A stretch of DNA of 64,000 nucleotides from Octopus bimaculoides (GCF_001194135.2 NC_068984.1:51792269-51856268); one strand, 5' to 3'; shown: positions 40,011-53,344, counted from the stretch's first letter. Notes: a model not told the origin generated them from the sequence alone. Numbers and translations: made by a program.

Positions 40011-40757
40011 CTTCATTTCTTTCAAGCCTGTTATTTGACATTTATTGGCTTGACTCAACTTTGTTGTTAATGAAGAGTTACTTTTACATTAATTGTTCCT
40101 GACTGAGGAGGCTGACACTTCTCACTTGCCATGTCTTTGTTCAGTTTCAGGCAAAAGAACCTTTTTAACCTTTATGGTTAGGGAAGACAGTGGGTAAATT
40201 AATAAATGTTATTCCATTCAATATGACAGTGCTTATAATAATGACAATAACCTATTGGATTCACAATACAACAACTATATTTAAAATGAAACATGTTAAA
40301 ATTATACATGTTTGCTAAGGTCACATTTATATGATGAATAGAAAATGATTTAGTTTAGTTGAAGGTAGAAAACTTCTAATTTATATTGTATTGTTTATTT
40401 GTATTCAGTAATTCCAAAGTTCTTGACAAAGATATCAGTTATTGAAGTGTATTTGTTACACATAAATTTCCTTAACATCAGAAAAAATTGCTGCAGGATT
40501 TAGATACAGCTGGCTTCATGGAACTAAATAATGTCTTATCTAATTACAAACTGAATGCTAGGTTTTAAAATTGATCTTATGATCCAACAGATTATTATCA
40601 TTTTTGTGAGCACTGTTATATTGGTTCAAATAAATTCTGTTAATTTACTCAATGTCTTCCTTAACCACAAAGGTTTCAAACAGTTCTGCCTGAAATTAAA
40701 AAAGTCATTGCAAATAAGAAGTGTTAGCGTTCTCTCTTAAAAACAATTTGGCCTCAG

Positions 40758-40790
40758 AATTATTTATATGAGGTTAAGTGTCACATCTGG
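40758..40790 (+). CDS. Candidate extra or cassette exon NYLYEVKCHIW (phase 0-0)
   Basis: Perfect donor TGG|gtaagt and frame-preserving 33 nt, but the acceptor (tttggcctcag) is modest. Confidence 0.35.
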
Positions 40791-41591
40791 GTAAGTGAAC
40801 AGAGTATTGAGCTACCTACTGGCCAAAAAGCTGATGGTGAAATTATTCTGACTTTGGTGCTGTTTTGTGTCCATGACAAAATCATTAATGTTCTATGACT
40901 CAGTCATATGACAATCAAATAGGTTCTTGAAGAAGTAAATATCACTTTTGCAAGCAGTTGAAACAATAAGTAACTGATGAATGTTTTCTTAGCTTATAGA
41001 TCTTTGTCTTGCAAGTTACTTGGCAACCTTGCTGGTGCTGGTGCCATGTAAAAAGCATCCAGTCTACACTGTAAAGTGGTTAGCATTTGGAAGGGCATCC
41101 AGCTGCAAAAAGCACTCTGTCTACTCTGTAAGGTGGTTGGTGTTAGGAAGGGCGTCCAACCATAAAAACTATGCCAAAACAGTGAAACCTGGTGCAGTTT
41201 TCTGCCTAGCCAGCTCCTATCAAACCATCCAACCCATGCCAGTATGGATAACGGATGTTAAATGATGATGAATGATGATGATAGTGTTGTGTATGTAAAT
41301 GCATGTAGCATACTGATTAAGGTATTGCACTCATGATTGCAAGATTGTGGTTTCAATTCCAAGACAGGGTAGTGTGTTGTGTTCTTGAGCAAAACACTTC
41401 CTCTCATGCTGCTCTATGATAACTTTGACATTTCATGTGTGACACATCATGCACCTGTACAGGCAATGTTGATTTGATGGAAGTAGTGAGTTCATGTACA
41501 ATACAAACGTTTAACAGTGATTGGTAAAATGAAAAAAATGAACAAAACAAGTAGAGAATAAGTCAGAAAATAATTCTTTTTTTTTGTGTAG

Positions 41592-41718
41592 GCCTTAAAG
41601 AAGAAGCAATTAGACAAGGAATTAATGATTGTAGGCTTACGGGATAAAGTATACTATGATAAAGAGATATCCATTAAAGAAAATCGACAAGTATGTCAAG
41701 AAGAATGGCAAATCCTAG
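41592..41718 (+). CDS. Exon 7 ALKKKQLDKELMIVGLRDKVYYDKEISIKENRQVCQEEWQIL (phase 0-1)
   Basis: ttctttttttttgtgtag acceptor, CTAG|gtaaga donor, 127 nt open. Confidence 0.85.
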
Positions 41719-42514
41719 GTAAGATTATAACTTTTTAATGTGGTTGTTTAACTTGCAAGAAATAGCACCCAAAGCTCCCTTAGCTCTTTGGCATTCAAAG
41801 AGCTAATGTAATGCTTATTTATTTACATTACTTTGAATTAATCATGCATTGTCTTGTAGCTTTGAGATTTTGATGATGTAATCGTTTAATTTTAGAAACA
41901 CATTGTAGGGTAGGTGTGAAAGGCACAATATGGCTGGTTTGAACAGAGAACAGATAAAATATTTGGGATAGATATGGCCGGTTTAAATGCTAAATGGTTA
42001 GATCATATACTAGTGTCTTAAAATAGAAAAGACACATTTGACACAATGCCTGCAATGAATATTGGTTTCAAATTTTGGTGCAAGACTAGTAATTCCAGGG
42101 AACGGGTAAGTTAGTTACATCAACCCCAGCATTCAACTGGTACATATTTTATTGATTCCAAAAGGACAAAAGGTAAAGATGACATCGGCACAATTTGAAC
42201 ACAGAGCGTACAGACAAATAAAATGCTGTTAAGCATTTTGCCAGCATGCTAACCATTCTGCCAGCTTGCTGCCTTCTATGTTTGCAATAAATATTTAAAA
42301 AAGTAAAAAAAGGCAGCTTGATCAACAGACACAACTGAAACACCTTTCATTATACTTCTGCATGATCAGAGCTGATCTGTGGCATAAAAAAATCATTATT
42401 TTCTCTAGTTTAGTCATGAATGATTATTTTTCAGTTGCCTTTTATATTTTTAAACAGTTAGATGTAACCATGGGCTAACTTTGCTGGAATAGGAAAACTG
42501 ACAATACAATGTAG

Positions 42515-42732
42515 TGATGATGATACTAGTGGTGGTAGTGATAGAGGTGGTAATGGTAGTGGTGGCGATTGTGACTGGTGGTAGTGGTGGTGGTGATGAT
42601 AATGGTAGTAATCATCATTGTCATCGTTGTGGAGGTTATGATGGTGGTGTTGATAGTGTTAGTAGTTGTGGCAGCAGTGGTGATGATAATGATAGTGGTG
42701 GTCATTGTCATCATCGTCATGGTGGTGGTGGT
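42515..42732. repeat. Degenerate (GAT/GGT)n trinucleotide tract
   Basis: Low-complexity; gives poly-V/T/M pseudo-ORFs. Confidence 0.9.
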
Positions 42733-43080
42733 AGAATCACTTGCTTTAAGTTTTGAGTTCAAATCCAGTTGAGATCACTTTTTACCATTCATCACTCTGA
42801 GATCAATAGAATAAAATACCAGTCAAATATTATGAGTTGCTGATTGACAGAATTGTTAAAGCATCTAACAAATGCTTTGCAGTATTTGGTTATGCTACTT
42901 TATATTCTGAGTTCAAATCCTACCAAGATAAACTGCTTTTTGGTAGGTGAGATTGAGAGTAATAAACTTAATCCCATCTGCTTAAATTTGCACAGAAGCA
43001 CTCATGTGTAAAGTGATTATATTTTTCAATATTATTAAATAAACATTTTAGATTCTTTAAAATTGTCAATTATTTCAAAA

Positions 43081-43607
43081 AGCAGAATTCCAGTTTAAGC
43101 ACCACACATAACCACTCGTAACATTTTTATTTTGGGGGATTTTCAGAAGATATTTGCAAGTTTGTGTTCTATACACAGGAATTTATATGATTATGGAAAA
43201 AAATTTTTAAAGTTTTTGAATTGCCTCATCCTAAATCCTAAAAGTTCCACTATTTTTTGAATTTTTTTTTCAAAATCAGAGTTTGAACTATCGACAGACT
43301 AAATTTTTTGCTTAAATCTCAGCAATGCTCCCCTCTTGGGTGCATCATTATCCCATTAAATGTGTTTATGGGGAGAAAAATACTGAAAAACATGTCAGAG
43401 TGACAAAGTGATGAGGAAATTATCAGGTGGACTTGAAACATGCTAAAAATAACAGCTAAATCGCCCTTAAATCACACACACAAAAATAAATTTTTCCCCA
43501 TAGTTGTATGAATTCTTGTGTGACAAATTTTGCAAAATTTTACTGAAAATTCCAAAAATTAAAAAAATTATGAGGGGTTGATGGGGTGCTTAAACCAGAA
43601 TTCCGCC
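43081..43607. mobile_element. Non-autonomous TIR element with 9-bp TSD (Merlin- or MULE-like); partial second copy at about 1-387
   Basis: TIRs gcagaattccagtttaagcacc / ggtgcttaaaccagaattccgc, TSD ATTTCAAAA; interior homologous to the window start. Confidence 0.7.
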
Positions 43608-43710
43608 ATTTCAAAAACTTAATGAAATATCAACATATCTTTTATATGAATTATTTTAATTTATATTCAAATACATTTAATTCATTTATTTTTATACATT
43701 TGGTTTCCAG

Positions 43711-43823
43711 ATTCAAACAGAGAAAAATGGAAGTCAGTCTTTTATAGAAATATAACAAATTGTTTATTAAAACCTAAGCAACCTAATCAAGTTATAAATG
43801 AAAGTTATACTTTGGTCCTTAAA
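43711..43823 (+). CDS. Exon 8 DSNREKWKSVFYRNITNCLLKPKQPNQVINESYTLVLK (phase 1-0)
   Basis: tttggtttccag acceptor, AAA|gtaagt donor, 113 nt open, NIT and NES sequons. Confidence 0.8.
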
Positions 43824-44644
43824 GTAAGTAAAATGATTTTGCATTTTACAAGATAATTTTCCAAGCTAAATAAAAGATTACAATATTCTGAGATGGCATC
43901 CTTGTGATGAACATTAGGTAAATGAGTGTCAGCATACTTAATGCATAGAGCAGTAAAAAAACAAACCAGAATAGAAAAAATTTGTTGAGAAAGAATTGTA
44001 GATGATGTAAGTATAGGAGACAACTCTGGATGTATTTCTGGATTATTTTTACCTCATCAGTAAGTTTATTCACTACAGTAACTTGCTAAGAACAATCATG
44101 GATGTGTGGCTAAGAAATTCACATGTTCTTAAAACTATGTATTCATGAAGATAGTGTCTTAGCATAACCTTGGTCCAATAACAATCCAAAAACCAAGTTG
44201 TATAAAATCAACTTTAATTGATATTGTCTAAAGTTGACTAAAATTCATACCAAATTGTAATCTACTATTAATTGTAATCTACCTTTCATGTTCTTTGCAA
44301 TTCCTTCATTTTGTTATTATAGCTACTGATAATTTCTCACTTTGATAGATCTTAATTTAAATATATGTGTTGAAAACATCACCACCATTGTTTTAAAGTC
44401 CATTTTTTCAAGTTTGTATGGGTCAGATGTAATTTACTGAGGCAGATTTGTACAGCTGGATTCCATCACCACACCTCACATGTTTCCAAGCAAGATAATA
44501 TTTCCTCATGGCCAGACATGTCTTCATGGAAGATTGAAAATGAAGTACTGTGCTTTTATGATGAGGATGCTAATTTATTATTACTATTGCATGTCAAGAC
44601 AAGAAGACCCAAACACACACATGCACGCATGCTCACACACACAT

Positions 44645-44686
<42 letters not shown>

Positions 44687-44956
44687 TTTGGTTCTTAACT
44701 GCCAAATCCACTTAGAAGGCTTTGGTTGACCTGGGATTATACTAGAAGACACCCAAGGTGCCATAGAGTGGGACTGAACCTGAAAGTTTGGGAAGCAAAT
44801 AGCTTAACCGCCCAGCCACATTTGCACCCCGCTTTTCCTAAATTAGAAATAACAAAGTATTTTGATGTGATATATACAAATTGGCAACATCAATTTCATA
44901 TCAATTTAAAATGACAGCATCAATTTAATCAATGAAAAAAACATTTTCATTTTTAG

Positions 44957-45005
44957 GGAAAAAATGGATCTATGGATATTTGGCATTTTCTTGTGGTTAA
45001 ACCAG
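44957..45005 (+). CDS. Exon 9 GKNGSMDIWHFLVVKP (phase 0-1)
   Basis: cattttcatttttag acceptor, CCAG|gttcgt donor; supplies the 0-to-1 phase change needed between exons 8 and 10. Confidence 0.75.
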
Positions 45006-45485
45006 GTTCGTAATTTATTTTTATATGTTTATTTTTATTCCGACCACTCGTATTCTCACAAGATTGTTGTCTCCAGACAAAAATAAATGCACATGTACAC
45101 ACACACACAAGCAAACACACAAAGAAGCATGTGTACACATATGTATAAACACAAATGGCACATACCAACACATATTATTATATACATTTTATGTTTTTCT
45201 TACTATGAACTTTACACTACTGTACAGCACTCCAATAACAATATACATTAATTCATATGTGTTATATACAAAAAAAAAGAAAAGAAAATGAAGGCTCAGC
45301 TTGTCTAGTTTCAACACTTGTTGCTTATCCTCTCTCAGTGAATATTATTTCTTAATCCTTTATTATGATATCTTTGTATTAAATCAGAGAGATCAGTTTG
45401 CAAATATAACATATGCTTGGCAAAGTGTTTACGTTTATTTATTACATATACTGTTGTCTAAAATCTATGCTATGTTCTGATACAG

Positions 45486-45530
45486 GATACCATTTGAAGG
45501 AGGTGTCTCTGTTTCCTTATGATTACATAG
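45486..45530 (+). CDS. Exon 10 GYHLKEVSLFPYDYI (phase 1-1)
   Basis: gttctgatacag acceptor, ATAG|gtattt donor, 45 nt open. Confidence 0.7.
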
Positions 45531-45534
45531 GTAT

Positions 45535-45762
45535 TTAACCCTTTAGCATTCAAACTGGCCATATCTGGCCCAAATATTCTATTTGTTTTATGTTCAAACT
45601 GGCCATATCCAGCCTCTCACACTAAGCAGACAATGTCATTCTAAAAATAAACAATTATGTAATCGAAATCTCAAAGCTGCAATATAATGCAGGATTAATT
45701 CAAAGCAATGTGATCAAATATGCAATACATTTGACAGAGAAATCTGAATGCTAAAGAGTTAA
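45535..45762. mobile_element. TTAA-flanked piggyBac-like MITE (other copies about 21694-22090, 41779-42001, 62540-62711, 63782-64000)
   Basis: TTAA|CCCTTTAGCATT...AATGCTAAAGAG|TTAA. Confidence 0.75.
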
Positions 45763-46271
45763 AATAATTAGTGAATGCAAGCTACCAAGCCATAATTGTT
45801 TTGCAAGTCACAGCTGTTGTTTGATAGCAATATGATATTGAAACAAAGTACTCCTAATGCACCAATAATTTACTAATCAACCTAGCTGCAAAGTATGTGT
45901 TATGTATGCAAATCGCTCTTTTTAATTTACTTAAGTCCTCAGTAATAGCAACCAGTGTCTCTAAGTGGTTAAAGTGGGTACTTGTTCATGAAAGAAATTC
46001 TAATATCAGTTTGATCTGTCTTTACCTCTTCATGAAGATGTTGTATTGCCTGTTATTTCAGCCACCTAATCAGAAATTATGAAACTATAAAAAAACTGAA
46101 AGTGTAAGACAGAAGAAGTGGAAGAGGTAGAATTGTTCACAGGCAGTTTTTTCATCTGGGACTTGAGACATAGTCATTTGGCATACATCATCATCATCAT
46201 CATCATTATTCTAACAACTTTTCCACGTTTGCATGGGTTGGATGTAATTTTTGTTGAGCCTTTTTTACATA

Positions 46272-46851
46272 GGCGCAGGAGTGCCTGTGTGGTAAGTAGC
46301 TTGCTTACAAACCACATGGTTCCGGGTTCAGTCCCACTGCGTGGCACCTTGGGCAAGTGTCTTCTACTATAGCCTCGGGCTGACCAAAACCTTGTGAGTG
46401 GATTTGGTAGACGGAAACTGAAAGAAGCCTGTCGTATATAAATATATATATATGTATGTGTGTATATGTTGTGTATCTGTGTTTGTCCCCCACAACATCG
46501 CTTGACAACCAATGCTGGTGTGTTTAGGTCCCCGTAACTTAGCGGTTCGGCAATAAGAGTCCGATAGAATAAGTACTAGGCTTACAAAAGAATAAGTCCT
46601 GGGGTCGATTTGATTCGACTAAAGGCGGTGCCCCAGCATGGCCGCAGTCAAATGACTGAAACAAGTAAAGGAATAAAGTAAAGGAATGCCCTTCCTTTTG
46701 CCAATCCTCACTTGTTTTCCAAGTAAAGTAATATTTCCCTATGACCAGACATGTTTTTCATGGAAAATGGATGAAGACATCACTTGCATGACAATAACAT
46801 TTGTTTATAACTATCACACAATGTCCAGGCAAGGAGACAGTAACCTACACA

Positions 46852-46909
<58 letters not shown>

Positions 46910-48110
46910 TGGTAGGCTTCTTTTAGTCTCCATCTATGAAATACACTCACAAGGCTTTGGTCAACATACAATGTTGACTAAAATTTATGGATACATTCTA
47001 TTTTATAGTAAATAATTCATTTTAGCCTATTCTTTTAGTCTTTTGTTCTTTTACATGTTTCAGTCATTTGGCTGTGGCCATACTGGAGCACTACCTACAA
47101 CGGTTTTAGTGAAAGGAATTGACCCCAGGACTTATTTTTTGTAAGCCTAGTACTTATTCTATCGGTCTCTTTTGCTGAACTGCTAAGTTATGGGGGATGT
47201 AAGCACACCAACATTGGTTATTAAGTAATGTGGTGGGGACAAGCACAAATACAAAGACACACACACACACACACATACACACGATGGGCTTCTTTCAGTT
47301 TCCATCTACCAAATCTTCTCACAAAGCTTTGGTCAGCCCAAGGTTATAGTAGAAGACACTTGTCTAAAGTGCCACACAGTGGGACTGAACCCAGAATGAT
47401 ATGGTTGGGAAGCAAGCTTCTTAACACACAGCCATGCCTATAAATATAAATTATTTAAAGTACATGAAATTATCCTTACTCAATATATAAAGCAAATTAA
47501 TCAGGCTTTATACTTAGTATTTCAGTCTATATTTTTCTCTTATGTAAATATAATTCCTTATTGTCAGTGTGCATCTTGCAACATAACACTGTACCATGGT
47601 GTATCACGTGGGAGCAACTGCTTACAGAGTCACTTGACTTGGTAGAAATAACAGGCAAATTTTCTTTAAATAATATTAAACCATTTAAAAAACATGTATA
47701 TGAAATTATGTTGGACTGTGGCTGTGTGGTAAGCAGTTTACTTCCCATCCATATTGTTCAGGGTTCAGTCCCACTGTATGACACCTTGGGCAAGTGTCAT
47801 CTACTATAGTCTCTGGATTTGGTAGACAAAAACTGAAAGAAGCCTGTCATACCTATGTGTGTATATATATATATATATATATGGTGTGTGTATGTGCATT
47901 TGTGTTTGTCTCCCACCACTGCTTGAGAACTGGTGTTGGTGTGTTCACATCCCTGTAGCTTATAAGTTCAGCAAAAAAGACCTGTAGAATAAGTACCAAG
48001 CTTAAAAAGAAAACAAGTCCTGGGGTTGATTTGTTCTTCCAGATGGTGCTCCAAAATGGTTGTAATCTAATGAATGAAAGAAAAAAAGTATAAGAATAAA
48101 AGAATATAGA
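46272..48110. mobile_element. Cluster of three SINE family A copies (+46272-46686, -47040-47450, +47716-48110)
   Basis: Same consensus in both orientations. Confidence 0.85.
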
Positions 48111-48159
48111 ATTAAATATACAAGGCCTTCGAACATTAGGCCTCACTGAGGCAATGACT

Positions 48160-48915
48160 AGTGGCCGAGACCTTTGGAAATATGCAGTGTATGAGAAGAA
48201 CCGGCAAGCCAAGTGAGACTATAATCTGTAGCCTCTGCCAGGGGTGTAGCCAGCCCACTTATGCATATCTTTCCTTCATTGGACACTAAACTCCACTTGC
48301 GAAAACCTGTTGAGGCAAGTGAAATCGAAATCGAAATCGAACCAAATTCGACGACTGGCACCCATGCCAACCTCTCCTTCATTGGACACTAAACTCTGCT
48401 TGCGAAGACCTGTTGGGGCAAGTGAAATTGATATCATAATTGAACCAAACTCAATGACTGGCACCTGTGCCAGTGGAGCGCTAACAGCACCGTCCGAGTG
48501 TGATCATTGCCAGAGCAGCTATCTGGCTTTTGGGCCAGTGGCACATAAATAGGACCATTTGAGTGTTATTGTTACCAGCGTCGCCCTACTGGCACTTGTG
48601 CCAGTGGCACATGAAAAACATTTGAGCGAGGTCATTGCCAATGCTGCTGGACTGGCTCCTGTGCAGGTGGTGTGTAAAAAACACCATTTTGAGCATGGCT
48701 GTTGCCAGTACTACCTGACTAGCCTTTGTGCCGGTGGCATGTAAAAGCACCCACTTCACTCTCGGAATGGTTGGCGTTAGGAAGGGCATCCAGCTGTAGA
48801 AACTCTGCCAGATCAGATTGGAACCTGGTGCAGCCATCTGGTTCGCCAGTCCTCAGTCAAATCGTCCAACCCATGCTAGGATGGAAACTGAACGTTAAAC
48901 GACGACGATGATGAT
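48160..48915 (+). mobile_element. RTE-tail non-autonomous retroelement (shorter copies about 16165, 17115, 18690, 21150, 33720, 41005, 51735, 53545, 60630)
   Basis: Shared 3' end gttaggaagggcatccagctgtagaa...ccaacccatgctagcatggaaa...cgttaaa(gat)n. Confidence 0.8.
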
Positions 48916-49079
48916 GATGAAAAATAAAGATGAGATAGTTCTGGTGGGACTGCTTTTGACTTTAGCTTACTGAACAGGAACTGGAGCTGTTCTGGAATAT
49001 AATAGAAACAACTGTACCTATTTAATTGTTTTTTCTTTTACTAAGACATTAAAAAGTTTTGTGTTTCAATTTCTTCCAG

Positions 49080-49099
49080 GTTCTCCAGTTACCGAAAAG
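49080..49099 (+). CDS. Exon 11, 20-nt exon GSPVTEK (phase 1-0)
   Basis: gtgtttcaatttcttccag|GTTCTCCAGTTACCGAAAAG|gtaaga. Confidence 0.75.
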
Positions 49100-49910
49100 G
49101 TAAGATTTTACTGATTTTGTTCTTTTTTAACTTCCTGCTGTAACAGAATTCTGTGGTAAAATTAAATTGGCGATACTTAAGATATAGCATATCTAAGTTC
49201 AGTATTTTTGTTTTACATTATATTTCATCAAACTTATTGATTTTACATTAGTATGTCTATTTATTTAATTCATTGTTTTTTGGGGTTTTTTTGTCCTAAA
49301 TGGCTGCCAAAATATATTTGGAACTAAAATCAAATAGCAAATAAACACTCATTCACTCACATACACGCACACACACACACATGCGTGTGCACACACACAC
49401 ACACACACACATATGCTCAAACACATGCATACACTACACCTAGACACACATACACACAATGTATCGAGAAGAAAAAAGATCTGAGTGGTGAAAGTTTGTG
49501 CATGTCTCTTAGTGGCTGACAATACGTGCATCTTTGATGGTGAGCAGGAATAGTCGAGGAGCATCATAGCCATGTGTTGAGAGGGATTCTTTGGGGTTTG
49601 AATAAATGTAGCAAAAGCAAAGTTTGAAGAAATATTAGCCATTTTCCATAGTTTCTAGGAGTAAGAAAAAAGGAAATAATAGTTGCTACCCAAGGACAAA
49701 AATCATGTTACACAGTGTTATTCCTTAGCCATATAAACTGGCAAGGAGATACCCTTCCATGCAAAATTGTTTTCCTTGAAATTCTACTCTTTCTCTGATT
49801 AATTTGTAAAGGCATGAAATTGTTTTAATCCTTTGGACAATAACTGATGAGGATCTAGTGACATTCAATGTGTGTATTTTCCATTCGTTCCATTTATTTG
49901 TACATATATA

Positions 49911-50358
49911 GGCGCAGGAGTGGCTGTGTGGTAAGTAGCTTGCTTACCAACCACATAGTTCCGGGTTCATTCCCACTACGTGGCACCTTGGGTAAGTGTC
50001 TTCTGCTATAGCCTCGGGCCGACCAAAGCCTTGTGAGTGGATTTGATAGACGGAAACTGAAAGAAGCCCGTCGTATATATGTATATATATGTATATATGT
50101 ATGTGTGAGTGGTGTGTGTTTGTGTCTGTGTTTGTCCCCCCAACATCGCTTGACAACCGATGCTGGTGTGTTTACGTCCCCGTAACTTAGCAGTTCGGCA
50201 AAAGAGATCGATAGAATAAGTACTAGGCTTCCAAAGAATAAGTCCTGGGGTCGATTTGCTTGACTAAAAGGCAGTGCTCCAGCATGGCCGCAGTCAAATG
50301 ACTGAAACAAGTAAAAGAGTAAAAGAGTAAAGAGTATATAATTTTTAAACGAGCACGT

Positions 50359-50394
<36 letters not shown>

Positions 50395-50929
50395 ACACAT
50401 GTAAAATAATGTTTCAGTCTTTATTAATTTTATTTTATTGAACACTTTTGTTTTGTTTCTTAGACCACTACAATTTATAACAACCCAACTATGATGGAAA
50501 GGGATACCGCTGATAAGTTGCAAAATAGAACATCTAATTCAAAGGAGCATAAGCTTGTGAAGTTAATTGATACTGAAAACAATTTAATTGATATCATCAT
50601 GGAAAACAAGGATAACATTCAAGTGAGTATATTAATTCAAACCCTGGAGAATTTAAGATTTTAATGAAAATTTAGATTCATTCATCATCATCATCATCAT
50701 CGTTTAACATCCGTTTTCCATGCTAGCATGGGCTGAACAGTTTGACCAGAGTCTGGGAAGCCAGGAGGCTGCACCAGGTTCCAGCTGGATGCCCTTCCTA
50801 ACGCCAACTACTCCATGAGTGTAGTGGATGCTTTTTACGTGCCACCGGCACAGGGGCCAGAGGAGGCTGGCAACAGCCATGATCGGTAGGTGCTTTTTAC
50901 ATGCCACATACATACATATATATATGTAT

Positions 50930-50988
<59 letters not shown>

Positions 50989-51016
50989 NNNNNNNNNNNN
51001 NNNNNNNNNCATACAT

Positions 51017-51065
<49 letters not shown>

Positions 51066-51435
51066 GGTGCAGGCATGGTTGTGTGATAAAAAGTTTGCTT
51101 CCCAACCACATAATTTCTGGTTCAGTCTCACTGTGTGGCACCTTGGGCAAGTGTTTTCTACTATAGCCTCAGGCCAGCCAAAGCCTTGCGTACAGATTTG
51201 GTTGATGGAAACTGAAAGAAGCCCATTGTATATGTGTGTGTGTGTCTTTGTGTTTATGTTTGTCTACTCCACCACCTCTTTACAACTAGTGTTGGTGTGA
51301 TTATGTGCCTGTAACTTAGGAGTTCAGCAAAAGAAATAATAGAATAAGTACTGGAGTTGATTCATTCAGCTAAAAATTGTTCAAGGTGGTGCCCCAGCAT
51401 GGCTGCAGTCTAATGACTGAAACAAGTAAAAGATA

Positions 51436-51440
<5 letters not shown>
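49911..51440. mobile_element. SINE A copies (+49911-50335, +51068-51440) and an RTE-tail element (-50685-50905) around exon 12
   Basis: Consensus matches. Confidence 0.8.
50464..50622 (+). CDS. Exon 12, stalk and start of helical GAIN-A: TTTIYNNPTMMERDTADKLQNRTSNSKEHKLVKLIDTENNLIDIIMENKDNIQ (phase 0-0)
   Basis: ttttgttttgtttcttag acceptor, CAA|gtgagt donor, 159 nt open. Confidence 0.85.
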
Positions 51441-51479
<39 letters not shown>

Positions 51480-53131
51480 TTATATATATATATATATACA
51501 TACTGCTCTACTCTTCGAAACGCCTGTGTTAGAATGGAGGCAGCTGATGAAGGAGATGTTCTCTATGTGGCCTGTGTGTTTTCTGTACTCGTTTATCATT
51601 TTGTCTATGCTTTGTTTGCAATGTCCTGTACCCAGATAAGCATCTATATATACAGGTAGATGTAAGTACGTACATACATGTACATATATATGCATATACT
51701 CATTTATCATTTGTATTATATATATATATATATCTTATATCTGCTTTCCATGCTGGCATGGGTTGGACAGTTTGACATGGAGCTGGTTTGCAGGGAGTTG
51801 TCCAGACTCCAATCCAACTGTCTGTTATGGCCTGGTTTCTATGGCTGGATGCTTTTCCTAATACCCACCACTTAACAGGGTGTGCTCGGTGTGTCATTGG
51901 TGAATGGTTCTATCATTTGAATATATAGAAATGAATTCCCTTAACCATAGCCATCTGACTGTTGAAAATGAACTAGGAACATTTACCACGTCACATGTAA
52001 TATGTTCACCAGACTATCAGATGTTGTTACACATCACTGGTCACAATGCACTTTTGCATTGTTTTAGCTTTTGAATGATGCCACCCTGCTGACTAGGTGA
52101 GCAGGCCCTAATCGAAGGTGAACTGGAGCAATGTGAAATGAAGTGTTTTGCTCAAGAACACAATGTGTCACCCAGTCAGGGAATCAAACCCACAATCTAG
52201 CAATTGTGAGTGTAACAGCCTAACCACTAGGCTACATGCCTTCGTGGGAACATATATATAAGAAGGAAATAGCAACATATAACTAAAGGTTCAATATAGT
52301 CTTTATCAAACTTTTTGCAAATAAGGGTTATTTTAACTATTCAAAGCATAGTCTTCTTTCTTCCACAACTGCCTACCACTGGCAATTTAGTCACATAACT
52401 CAGCTTGAAGTAAATGTTATTGCCTTCATGCATTCATAGATCAGTCATAATAAACAAAACTATGATGGAAGGCGTTCTAAAGGTAATAATCCTATCTTTT
52501 GTATATCAAGGATTACATTGTTCAATGCAACCTTTATTTAAAATGGTAAGAGACAATTTAGCTGCTAAATTCAGCAGGTTGAGCAACCATGTCTCAGGAC
52601 CTAGGTGAACAAAATTGCCTATAAACAATTCTGTCTCTTCCACTTCGTCTGTCGTTCAGTTTTTTTACAGTTTCTTATCTTCAGATTAGGTGGCTGAAGT
52701 AACAAGCATAGTTCATCAATTGTGTTTAGGAATTGTGTGAGAGGGTCATAGAAGAGAAATTGTTTTTTTTTTCAGCCACATGCATACATATCAACGCTTT
52801 ATCATATATACATAGCAATTTATCTATCACATATACATATATACATATCAACACCTTCGTATCATTACGATGAGATTCTGGATTCACAAATTCACATGGA
52901 AAAATGTGAAAAATAAGAAAAATGTAGAACATCAAAATGTGAAATAAAAGTAAGCTGTATTTGCTGATGAAAGTACAATATTTTTAAATGAAGTTTTTCT
53001 CTTATTAAGACCACTACTTAATTTGACTGAAATAGCTTAATTCTTTACATGTTCGTTATTAGTTTTATCATGAAACTGCATATTTTATTTTTTAACATAC
53101 CTTTGTAATCTTTCTCTTAATTTCTTTCTAG

Positions 53132-53194
53132 ATTTTTGTAGATGTATTAAATAATATAACAATGAAAAATTGTTGGACAAACTTGAACAATGAG
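53132..53194 (+). CDS. Exon 13, GAIN-A helix IFVDVLNNITMKNCWTNLNNE (phase 0-0)
   Basis: tttctcttaatttctttctag acceptor, GAG|gtaaaa donor; resembles the latrophilin-type VxxVxNLL...WxxL helix. Confidence 0.8.
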
Positions 53195-53344
53195 GTAAAA
53201 TTTTTTTCTTTATATTTGTATAACATTGATGTTTTTATTTTGGTTGTTGTTAATTAGCCTAATTGTTGTTATCATAATTATCATTTATGACATTAAAAGA
53301 AAAAAAAAAAAAGGAATAACCTCTCAAACAGAAATGCACTTCCG

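Noticed and set aside
33471-41718. C-type lectin interpretation of the N-terminal domain (KCF...IVGLRD...C)
   Set aside because: The terminal CTL cysteines are missing once exons 8-10 are included; the FTP/F5-8C pattern fits better, though it is also unproven.
44017-45424. Alternative phase 0-1 bridge exons (44017-44059, 45388-45424)
   Set aside because: Poor acceptor and poor donor respectively; 44957-45005 has much better sites.
52511-52545. Exon-like segment with a good AATG|gtaaga donor
   Set aside because: Phase 0-2 does not fit the flanking phase-0 exons, and the in-frame alternative acceptor has no pyrimidine tract.
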